Of a stretch of 35,714 nucleotides of DNA, positions 1 through 7,396 are shown one piece after another (position 1 is the first letter of the stretch; every line of letters begins with the position of its first letter). A model generated the notes under the pieces. The model did not search any database. It worked only from the letters and a program-made list of their open reading frames with translations, and was not told the origin of the DNA. The DNA lies in NCBI GenBank assembly GCA_964347585.1, contig CAYGAN010000016.1:3614-39327 (forward strand), read 5' to 3'. The translations under genes were made by a program, and so were the position numbers. Source of the stretch: an uncultured Planctomycetales bacterium (GTDB lineage: Bacteria > Planctomycetota > Phycisphaerae > UBA1845 > CAYGAN01).

Positions 1-711
1 CACGGCGCCAGCGACGGTGTGAACCGGTAGCTTCAGGCACGTTACCAACAACGGTCCGACGATTGCGCCACCCCCGATTCCGTACGTCCCGCTCACCACA
101 CCCGCCGCCAAAACCAAAGGCAAGGCCGCCAGCGTGCTGAACGAGAATCTTTCTCCGGAGAACTCGTACGTGATGCGCCGCCACGACCACGAGACCGTTC
201 GCACGACAGACCTCCGCGTCGCGCTGTAAAGATCCCCCTTCGCTCGCCGTGAGTCCTTCGCGCAGCGGGGGAGCCGAGCCTCCGCAGCCGCGCTCTCACC
301 TTGGCGCCGTCGTGTCGGGGCGACCACGTCGTACAGCAGGCGCCCACCGACGTAGAGCAGCACGCAGCCGACGAAGACCTTGAACGCCGTCGGATCCGGC
401 AGGCACCTGACCCGCAGGACCACCCCGATGCACACGCCCGGGACGGTGCCGGCAACGATCACCCAGGTCAGTGGCCAAGTCATCCTCCCTTCGCGGATGT
501 ACCGGTAAACGCCGGCCGGTATGGCCACGATGTTGTAAAGGAGATTGGTCGGACTCACGGCTGGGCTGGTGAACCCCAGCACGCTGACCTGGAACGGCAG
601 CAAGAGGAATGCTCCGGACACGCCGGACATGGACGTGAACAGAGAGACAGCGAACGCCACCGATAGCGGCACAAGCGGCGAGACTTGCACGCCGGAGACA
701 GGAAACGTCAT
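1..711 (-). CDS. TauE/SafE-family anion (sulfite/sulfonate-type) exporter; partial, the C-terminus runs off the left window edge
   Basis: Absent from the supplied ORF track because no stop codon lies in the window. My own minus-strand translation from the ATG at 709-711 stays open to nt 1: MTFPVSGVQVSPLVPLSVAFAVSLFTSMSGVSGAFLLLPFQVSVLGFTSPAVSPTNLLYNIVAIPAGVYRYIREGRMTWPLTWVIVAGT...ITYEFSGERFSFSTLAALPLVLAAGVVSGTYGIGGGAIVGPLLV. It is multi-TM and has the two Gly-rich half-repeats typical of this family. Confidence 0.7.
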   Translation of the reverse strand, partial: MTFPVSGVQVSPLVPLSVAFAVSLFTSMSGVSGAFLLLPFQVSVLGFTSPAVSPTNLLYNIVAIPAGVYRYIREGRMTWPLTWVIVAGTVPGVCIGVVLRVRCLPDPTAFKVFVGCVLLYVGGRLLYDVVAPTRRRQGESAAAEARLPRCAKDSRRAKGDLYSATRRSVVRTVSWSWRRITYEFSGERFSFSTLAALPLVLAAGVVSGTYGIGGGAIVGPLLVTCLKLPVHTVAGAV

Positions 712-816
712 CGCTATCGCTAGCTCCTCGCCCATCAAGTCAATGGCTTAAGCGTGATCCCAAAGAGCAGAGCCCGACCCAAACGCGCAGGAAAGCTCGG
801 CCCACTCCACCTCGCC

Positions 817-2106
817 CTACAAGTACGCCCCGGCCACTTTGCGCACGGCCAAGCCGATCAGTTCCGCGTCTTGCTCATCCAGCTGGGGGGGCAGGTCGAT
901 GTGCACGGCTCGCGCCAGAAGCTCGGCGCTGCGCGGGCACATGTCGGCGGAGTATTCTGGCAGGGATCCCTTGTAGTACGGACACGTGAAGGGGCATCCC
1001 TCACTCGTGGGTGTGGCCTTGGCGAACAGATGCTGCCAGTGGGCGAAGACGTGCCAGTCGGGGATGTCAGGATGGTACGGGTGCGAAGCTACCACACCTT
1101 CGGCCTGGAGGGCCTTGACGAACTTCTCAGCGAGTGGAGCACTCGGGACGTAGAAGATCAGGCAAATGGCGGTATCGCCGTCGGGATCGTTGAGTCGCCG
1201 ATACGTCAGCCCATCGATACGCCCGATGGCTTGTTTGACGGCGGCCTTGCGCGCGCGCATGCCTTCGATTAGCCCGTCCAGGCGCCGCAACTGCGCCAAT
1301 GCGACAGCCCCTTCGAGCTCGCTGGCACGGAAGTCGAAGCCGTATGAAAGCTCCCAAGGCCACCTGCCCGGGGCGAAGCGATCGGGCCTCCAGCAGGCTG
1401 CCGAGTCGTGAATCGACTGCGCGCGGATGTATGTCTTCTCGTCGTCGGTGGCGACGATCCCACCCTCGCCAGCAGTGATGATTTTGTAATACTGCAGCGA
1501 AAAGCACCCGCAGTGCCCGAATGTGCCCAGCCTCTTGCCCCTGAACGATCCGCCCATCGCCTGAGCGTTGTCTTCAATGACGCCCAGGCCCCGCTGTTCG
1601 GCGATCTGCATGATGCGGTCCATGCGACAGGGCACACCTCGCATGTGAACAGGCATGACGGCCTTCGTCTGCGGGGTGATCTTGGCAATCAAATCGTCGG
1701 GATCGATCGTGAGCGAATCATCGACCTCGGCGATCACGGGTATGGCTTTGGATGAAAGGACCGCAGCCACGCTCGACCAGTATGTGTACGAGGGCACGAT
1801 CACCTCGGCACCGGGGCCCACCTCGCAAGCCATCAGCGAGCTGATCAGGGCGGAGGTGCACGAGTTCGTCATCAATGCGTAGCGGCAGCCCATCTTCTCG
1901 GCGAACTGCTGCTCGAACTGCGCTACCTTGGACGGGTGAGAGTCGGGCCTGTAGTAGCGGAAGATGTACTTTCTGTCCAGGGCCTCGAGGATCTCGCGCT
2001 TCTCGTCTTCGGCGATGTCGAGCCCGCCGGGATACATAGGCGGATTGGGCGTAGCCTTGACCGGCTCGCCCCCGTCAATCGCGAGCTTGCCTGAGTCCTT
2101 TGCCAC
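817..2106 (-). CDS. DegT/DnrJ/EryC1/StrS-family PLP-dependent aminotransferase (sugar or cyclitol aminotransferase type)
   Basis: 429-aa ORF with a GTG start preceded by GGAGG. Family-typical stretches are LMTNSCTSAL, EVIVPSYTYWSS, VMPVHMRG, IEDNAQAMG and FSLQYYKIITAGEGG (PLP-lysine context). Confidence 0.85.
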   Translation of the reverse strand: MAKDSGKLAIDGGEPVKATPNPPMYPGGLDIAEDEKREILEALDRKYIFRYYRPDSHPSKVAQFEQQFAEKMGCRYALMTNSCTSALISSLMACEVGPGAEVIVPSYTYWSSVAAVLSSKAIPVIAEVDDSLTIDPDDLIAKITPQTKAVMPVHMRGVPCRMDRIMQIAEQRGLGVIEDNAQAMGGSFRGKRLGTFGHCGCFSLQYYKIITAGEGGIVATDDEKTYIRAQSIHDSAACWRPDRFAPGRWPWELSYGFDFRASELEGAVALAQLRRLDGLIEGMRARKAAVKQAIGRIDGLTYRRLNDPDGDTAICLIFYVPSAPLAEKFVKALQAEGVVASHPYHPDIPDWHVFAHWQHLFAKATPTSEGCPFTCPYYKGSLPEYSADMCPRSAELLARAVHIDLPPQLDEQDAELIGLAVRKVAGAYL

Positions 2107-2135
2107 GGCCGAACACCTCCGGTAATGACTGACGC

Positions 2136-2975
2136 CTACTTTCGGTCGGTCTTGCGCCCCATGAGGCGCTGCCTTGTCTGCTCGACCAGCTCTTCCACTG
2201 TCGAGTAAGGTTCGATGAAGTCGACCTGGCCATCGACGAAGAGCACATGACCGCCTCCGCCGCGGCAGTCGCGCTTTTCGTACACTAGCACGTTGGCCGG
2301 ATCGTCCGAGGTTGCCTGAGCTGTAATGTACACGTAGCGGGACTGCAAGTCGCTGAGCTTCGTGTCCGGCTCGAAGGAGACTTGGCCCGCTGCGGTCCCG
2401 ATGACGGCCTCGAGGTCCGGTGGGAACTGCCCGTCATTATCTTTTGCATACGTGCGCATCACATGCCCGATGGTCATTAGGTCGAGCTCGCAACTGAAGC
2501 GCCCGATAGTGTCGCGCGCCTCGCGCACCGCGAGATAGGTCATCACGATTCCCCCGGTCACAAGCGGGCCTACGAGCAGGCTCAGGCCTCCCGTGCAGAT
2601 CCCTCCGACCGCGAGCCATCTGCCTCCGTACCTCGCGGGTTCGCGATTCGCCTTGCCCAGCGCGTCGATGCCGAGGACCAGCCCGACCACGCCAAGGGGG
2701 AAACAGACAACGATCACCAGGCCGACTATCCCAAAGGCCAATGATGCGATCGCCACGCTCTTCTGGACCCGGCCCCGCGGTATGAGCGCGTAAGGGAGCT
2801 GGGCCGCCGCGCCATCGCCCTTCCAGCTGTCTGCGGCTGAGGCCTCATCGGCTTGCCTCAGGACGAACTCAGCCCCGCAGCCTTCGTATGGGCACCGCAC
2901 GGGCTCGCCGAGCTGTCGATCATCGACCTGGAACCGATGGCCGTTCGGGCAAACTGCAGGGACATTCATCAGCAC
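2136..2975 (-). CDS. Membrane protein with an N-terminal zinc ribbon, a DUF4190-like TM hairpin and a pseudopilin/DUF1559-like C-terminal region
   Basis: 279-aa ORF. N-terminus is CPNGH..x..CPYEGC. The TM region is SVAIASLAFGIVGLVIVVCFPLGVVGLVLGIDALGK...GGRWLAVGGICTGGLSLLVG. REARDTIGRFSCELDLMTIGHVMRTYAKDNDGQFPP resembles the post-helix segment of DUF1559/type II pseudopilin-like proteins. The tail GGGGHVLFVDGQVDFIE resembles their ..NVLFxDGSVxFI end. Start is GTG 2975 or ATG 2969. Confidence 0.6.
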   Translation of the reverse strand: MLMNVPAVCPNGHRFQVDDRQLGEPVRCPYEGCGAEFVLRQADEASAADSWKGDGAAAQLPYALIPRGRVQKSVAIASLAFGIVGLVIVVCFPLGVVGLVLGIDALGKANREPARYGGRWLAVGGICTGGLSLLVGPLVTGGIVMTYLAVREARDTIGRFSCELDLMTIGHVMRTYAKDNDGQFPPDLEAVIGTAAGQVSFEPDTKLSDLQSRYVYITAQATSDDPANVLVYEKRDCRGGGGHVLFVDGQVDFIEPYSTVEELVEQTRQRLMGRKTDRK

Positions 2976-3031
2976 AACTCACACGGACCGACGGCACATG
3001 CCGGCGCGCGACGCTGCAAGGATCCGCGATC

Positions 3032-4504
3032 TCACCCCGCCACGGTGTGCTCCTGCTCGCGTATCGCCTGTTGCTGGGCGGTGCGGGCGATGCGATGGAT
3101 CTCGCGAGCCTGATCTTCGCTCAGATGGCGCGGGCGGTGGGTATCCAGGATGTGACGCGCACGCTCCCCAGCCCGCTCGCGCATGCTCTTGCCGCCCGAT
3201 GCCTGCCAGTTATCCCACTTCTGGCGACAGGTCAGCTTAGCGAACCAGTTGACCTGGCGGAAGTGCCGCAGGGTGTGCGGATGATCGAGGAACTGCCCGC
3301 CGGGGCCCACCTCTTTGATCGCATCGACGGCGAGAGTCTCGCCGCTGACCTCGAGTCCCTTGGCGATGTGGAAAGCGGCTCCGAGTATCTCATCGTCAAT
3401 GACGCACTGTTCATACGAGGCCAGAAGCATCTGCTCGATCATGCCTATGGACAAGTGGATGAAATTCGTGCCGGCCAGTGCATTCGTCAGAACCTGAAGG
3501 GCGCGTTCGTATCCCGCTTGGGCGTCGGGGATCGTCGCGTCGATGCCGGTACCGCCCTGGAACGGCAGGTCATAGAACCGTGCCATCTGAGCGGTGGCAG
3601 CGTGGAGTACCGCCGCCTCGGGCGACCCGCCGGAATAGTTCCCCGTGCTCATGTCGAACGAGCCGGAGGCAATAGCGAAGATGCAAGGCAGACCCGGTCG
3701 AAGAACCTGGGCCAAGACGATCCCGGTCAGGACGTTCGCACATTGCTCGACCAGAGTTCCGGCGATGGTGACGGGTCCGGTGCCCCCGAGTTGGGCATCG
3801 ACCTCGACGTAAACGGGCACGCCGAGCTCGGCACACGCCATCAACTCCTCGAGCCGCATCGCCGGCTGGAGCAGCGGGCTGATCATGCACACGACGATGG
3901 TGAAGTTCGGCCTGCGGGCAAACTCCTCGGAGCTGCCGAGCTGGACGGCAGCCATGTCCACCTGATCGCGAATACTCTTGGCGCCGGTGCCCTGTGAGTA
4001 GTAGTTCCGCGTGGTGTTCGGGACCACGTTGGCGTAGAGAATGCGGTCGAAGCCGGGCTGGGGGATGTCCTGCGGATTGACGATCCCGTGCATGACGTGC
4101 AGGTTCGCCAGACCGTCCTGCAGACGGGTCAGGTCGATCAGGTCCTCCAGCGTCGCAGGATGGCGCCTGCCCTCCAGGTCGAGCACGAACAGAGCCGACG
4201 AGCCGCCGATCGTGTAGATGTTGTCCGTGTTGACCACCAGATCGTGTTCGGCTCGCTGACCGTGAAGCGTGAACTGACTCGGGGCGTCCGCCAGCGCTCT
4301 GTTGAGCACGTGTTCCGGGGTCCTGACGATTCTCTTGTCGAAGTCCACGTGGCAGCCCGCATCAGCCATCACCTTAAGCGCCGGTTCGTGCGCCATTCGC
4401 ACGCCGACTTCCTGCATGACGCGCAGCACCGCCCCATGGACTTGGCGGATCTGATCGTCGCTGAGAAACTTGAGCTGACCGCCTGTCAGACGAGCCATCG
4501 CCAT
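3032..4504 (-). CDS. MttB-superfamily (trimethylamine methyltransferase-like) protein, non-pyrrolysine type
   Basis: The ORF is recognisable as MttB family throughout: LSDDQIRQVHGAVLRVMQEVGV, RTPEHVLNRAL, NYYSQGTGAKS, ISPLLQP, GVPVYVEVDAQLGGTGPVTIAGTL, GSPEAAVLHAATAQMARFYDLPFQGGTG, DDEILG, GPGGQFLDHPHT. There is no in-frame stop. I moved the start to ATG 4504, which has GGAG 7 nt upstream. This removes the overlap with the upstream gene created by the track's 4612 start. Confidence 0.85.
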   Translation of the reverse strand: MAMARLTGGQLKFLSDDQIRQVHGAVLRVMQEVGVRMAHEPALKVMADAGCHVDFDKRIVRTPEHVLNRALADAPSQFTLHGQRAEHDLVVNTDNIYTIGGSSALFVLDLEGRRHPATLEDLIDLTRLQDGLANLHVMHGIVNPQDIPQPGFDRILYANVVPNTTRNYYSQGTGAKSIRDQVDMAAVQLGSSEEFARRPNFTIVVCMISPLLQPAMRLEELMACAELGVPVYVEVDAQLGGTGPVTIAGTLVEQCANVLTGIVLAQVLRPGLPCIFAIASGSFDMSTGNYSGGSPEAAVLHAATAQMARFYDLPFQGGTGIDATIPDAQAGYERALQVLTNALAGTNFIHLSIGMIEQMLLASYEQCVIDDEILGAAFHIAKGLEVSGETLAVDAIKEVGPGGQFLDHPHTLRHFRQVNWFAKLTCRQKWDNWQASGGKSMRERAGERARHILDTHRPRHLSEDQAREIHRIARTAQQQAIREQEHTVAG

Positions 4505-4559
4505 CGCGTTACTCCAGCCGCCCGGCAGAGCTGAACCAAAGCAGCGTGTTTCTACCATA

Positions 4560-5600
4560 TTACGCTTGGTCGGCCAACGCAGCGGCGGCGCTCGGGGGGC
4601 GATACAGGCCAACAGCCACGGTCAGAGCGGCACTGAGAATCTGACCGGGGGCGAGGCAAACGTGGCGGCCGCTGTCGATCGCTTCGTTCAGACTGAGCGG
4701 CCAAGTGGTGGAGGGCTCAAGAACCAGTACCTCGTGCCCGCGCCATCCGCCGTACGAGGCAAACACCCACACACAGCGAAACACGTCCCTGCAGAACGTC
4801 ATCTCGAACAGCCAGTTCTCCTGGCGATGGGCCAAGCCGGCGGTGCCAGCTCGCAGGTCCGTCAGGTAAAGAAACTCCGTCGATTTGCCCATGCGAGGGA
4901 CTAGGTCAGCACGGATGGGCTGGCCCGATTCGTCGGCGGCGGTCGGCCAAGCGAACGAAGCCAGATGCCCGAAGCGTGCGAACTCAGGGTCGGCATTGAT
5001 GGCCTTGCCGGCGGGCACGCGAATCTCACAACCTTCGGACACCCGCAGAGCCGGGTGCATCTTCCACAGGAACCGCACGTCGTCAGAGCCGCAGTTCTCG
5101 ATCCGGTAGGAAAGCTCTAACCGTGCGGCGCCCTCGGCCAGCGTAATCATCTTGCGATAGTGCAGCGGAGTGATGGGCAGACGGGCCTCAAGGACGAGAC
5201 CGTCGTGTTGGACGGTCGCAGTCAGCGGGGTAAGCCACACTTCGCCGTGATCGATAAGCCCACGGCCATCGACCAACTCAGGAATATCGTTGGGCAACTG
5301 TTCGTCGAAGCCGCCGAAGAAGTTATCGTCGTAGTCCGCGCCGAGCCGCAGTTGCCTGAGCGACAGGTGCGGATTGCGCCAGAGGAACTGACGAGCCAAG
5401 CGCTTGTGGAGCAAATGGAGGATCTTGCCACCCAGCGCCGGCACGACGTCGACTTGAATCAGCTCGTTGGCCAAGCGAACCACACTCAATCCCTGGAGTC
5501 TTTGATTCGTCTCGATGCGAACAGCCACGATGGTCTTGACCGTTCCCGCGTGATCTCGGACCTTCCCGCATCGTTCTCTTAACCACGAGCGGTCCGGCAT
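4560..5600 (-). CDS. Galactose-mutarotase-fold (aldose 1-epimerase superfamily / DUF4432-like) protein
   Basis: Body of ORF 4560..5729. LSVVRLANELIQVDVVPALGGKILHL, IDHGEVWLTPL, ARLELSYRIENCGSDDVRFLWKMHPAL and LVLEPSTTWP fit the mutarotase beta-sandwich pattern. The first 43 aa of the track ORF are Arg/Pro-rich, so I start at ATG 5600. I saw no clear SD there, so the start is uncertain. Confidence 0.55.
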   Translation of the reverse strand: MPDRSWLRERCGKVRDHAGTVKTIVAVRIETNQRLQGLSVVRLANELIQVDVVPALGGKILHLLHKRLARQFLWRNPHLSLRQLRLGADYDDNFFGGFDEQLPNDIPELVDGRGLIDHGEVWLTPLTATVQHDGLVLEARLPITPLHYRKMITLAEGAARLELSYRIENCGSDDVRFLWKMHPALRVSEGCEIRVPAGKAINADPEFARFGHLASFAWPTAADESGQPIRADLVPRMGKSTEFLYLTDLRAGTAGLAHRQENWLFEMTFCRDVFRCVWVFASYGGWRGHEVLVLEPSTTWPLSLNEAIDSGRHVCLAPGQILSAALTVAVGLYRPPSAAAALADQA

Positions 5601-5920
5601 GCAACGGGTTTGCCCACCGGGCCCCCGCCTGAGCGCCTGGGGGGCCGCGCAAGGCCGGTTGGCCCATCTCGTTGCCGAGCTGCGGTGTTCGATTCCTGGC
5701 CGATCCGCTCGCCGTGAATCTGAAGACACAGCCCGGACTCCTGAGCAGGCCTGCGACGTACAGGATTGATCGGGCTAGTCTGGCGGCGCTGGAGCGGGTA
5801 GAATGCGGGCCTTGGGCGCTCGAATCTGGGCCCGGCGGGGATCTTGCGGATCCGTCTTGCGGCGGCAACGCGGCGCGCCGGGCTTAGCAAGGAGCGATTG
5901 ACGAGGCGACAGATCGCGCG

Positions 5921-6418
5921 ATGAAGTTCGTACTGGTTGATCGGATTCAAGAGCTCGATCCTGGCAAACGGATCGTCACCACCAAGGCACTGACCCTCGC
6001 GGAAGAGTACCTGGCGGACCACTTCCCGACATTCCCGGTCATGCCTGGGGTCTTGATGCTGGAGGCGATGATCCAGTCGGCAGCGTGGCTCGTGCGAGCG
6101 AGTGAGGACTTCGCGCATAGTATGATATTGCTCAAGGAAGCAAAGAATGTGACGTACAAGAGCTTTGTGGCGCCGGGGGGGCTACTGGAGTTAGAGGTCC
6201 ATGCGACGCGTATCGAGGGCGAGGTGAGCGAGTTCAATGGTGTGGGGCGGTGCGACGGGCAGGAGGCGGTCAAGGCCCGTTTGACGCTACGACACTTCAA
6301 TCTGGCCGACGAGGAGCCCAGTCTGGCTGCGATGGACGAGAAGCTGATCGCACAGGCGCGGTCAAAACTTGCGATGCTAAGTAGTTCGTCCGTCACGCAG
6401 CCCACGGCGGCTTTGTAA
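5921..6418 (+). CDS. FabZ/FabA-like hotdog-fold 3-hydroxyacyl-ACP dehydratase (paralog 1)
   Basis: MKFVLVDRIQEL...AEEYLADHFPTFPVMPGVLMLEAMIQSAAWL carries the FabZ signature HFPxxPvMPGVL..EAmaQ, with both the His and the Glu present. Confidence 0.8.
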   Translation: MKFVLVDRIQELDPGKRIVTTKALTLAEEYLADHFPTFPVMPGVLMLEAMIQSAAWLVRASEDFAHSMILLKEAKNVTYKSFVAPGGLLELEVHATRIEGEVSEFNGVGRCDGQEAVKARLTLRHFNLADEEPSLAAMDEKLIAQARSKLAMLSSSSVTQPTAAL

Positions 6419-6473
6419 CCACAGTGACAGGTCACACTGACTTCATCGACTGAACAAAAGGAGGTTCGGCGTA

Positions 6474-6866
6474 ATGGCGATAAGTCGAGAGGAGATCTTT
6501 GAAAACGTCCAGGAAACGCTCGTAGAGGCACTCGGCGTTGATGAGGAAGAAGTCACGGAGGAGGCGGCGATCACGGGTGATCTTGGCGCCGAGAGCATCG
6601 ATTACCTCGACATCGTGTTCCGCCTCGAAAAGAGCTTTAACATCAAGATCCCCCGTGGTGAGCTCTTTCCGGACGACATCCTCAACAATCCGGACTACGT
6701 CGAGAACGGGCGGATGACGCCGGCGGGGATGGAACGGCTCAAGACAACGATGCCCCACGCGGACTTCAGCGACTTCGAGAAGGACCCGGACGTGAATAAG
6801 ATGCCGGACCTCTTTACGGTCCGTACGATCGTCAATTATATCGACAGTAAGGTCAACGCGGCCTGA
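6474..6866 (+). CDS. Acyl carrier protein, unusually long (130 aa)
   Basis: Strong SD: AAGGAGG 7 nt before the ATG. The phosphopantetheine attachment context is GDLGAESIDYLDIVFRLEKSF, with the Ser codon at 6594-6596. An acidic N-terminal helix is present. Confidence 0.85.
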   Translation: MAISREEIFENVQETLVEALGVDEEEVTEEAAITGDLGAESIDYLDIVFRLEKSFNIKIPRGELFPDDILNNPDYVENGRMTPAGMERLKTTMPHADFSDFEKDPDVNKMPDLFTVRTIVNYIDSKVNAA

Positions 6867-6916
6867 GGGCTTGACGGCCAGCGAACCCGAGTTGTCACAA
6901 TCAGGCGGGGGCGCCC

Positions 6917-7393
6917 ATGCGATGGATCTGGATCGATAAGTTCATCGAGTTCGAGTCCGGTCAACGGGCAACGGCTATTAAGAACGTTACAATGGCCGAG
7001 GAACATCTGCACGATCACTTTCCCGGGTATCCCGTGATGCCCGCGAGCCTGGTCATCGAGGGAATGGCCCAGACCGCAGGCATCCTCGTGGGGGAGGCAC
7101 GCCGGTTTGCCGAAAAAGTAATCCTCGCGAAAATCAAGCGGGCGACTTTCGACGGGATCGTCCGGCCGGGGGACCAACTCCGCTATGAAGCGGTGCTGGA
7201 GACGATCAATGAATCGGCCGCCATGACGTCCGGCCAAGTGTTCCGCAACGATGAGCCGCTGGCACGCATCGACATCGTCTTTTCGCACATCGACCAGAAC
7301 TTGAGCGGATTGAAGTTCCCCGAACACAACTTCGTATTCACCGAAGAGTTCAAGACGCTGCTGAGTACCTACCGCCGGGAACTCAAGACGTGA
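6917..7393 (+). CDS. FabZ/FabA-like hotdog-fold 3-hydroxyacyl-ACP dehydratase (paralog 2)
   Basis: MRWIWIDKFIEF...AEEHLHDHFPGYPVMPASLVIEGMAQTAGIL has the same signature, with both His and Glu present. Confidence 0.8.
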   Translation: MRWIWIDKFIEFESGQRATAIKNVTMAEEHLHDHFPGYPVMPASLVIEGMAQTAGILVGEARRFAEKVILAKIKRATFDGIVRPGDQLRYEAVLETINESAAMTSGQVFRNDEPLARIDIVFSHIDQNLSGLKFPEHNFVFTEEFKTLLSTYRRELKT

Positions 7394-7396
7394 TCT

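Noticed and set aside
2888-3997. 369-aa + strand ORF overlapping the MttB-like gene. Similar long antisense or overlapping ORFs occur at 7493..8227, 10410..11153, 11328..12215, 13083..14072, 15453..16364, 16818..17825, 18543..19247, 19192..20277, 21166..21942 and 32496..33260.
   Set aside because: Each overlaps a confidently identified gene on the other strand or frame, and each has biased Arg/Pro/Ala/Gly composition with no motifs.
5683-5699. tRNA-like T-loop sequence GGTGTTCGATTCC. A second TTCGA-containing site lies at 31955-31975.
   Set aside because: The flanking bases cannot form the 5-bp T-stem (only 2 of 5 pairs in the first case), and no acceptor, D or anticodon arms can be drawn.
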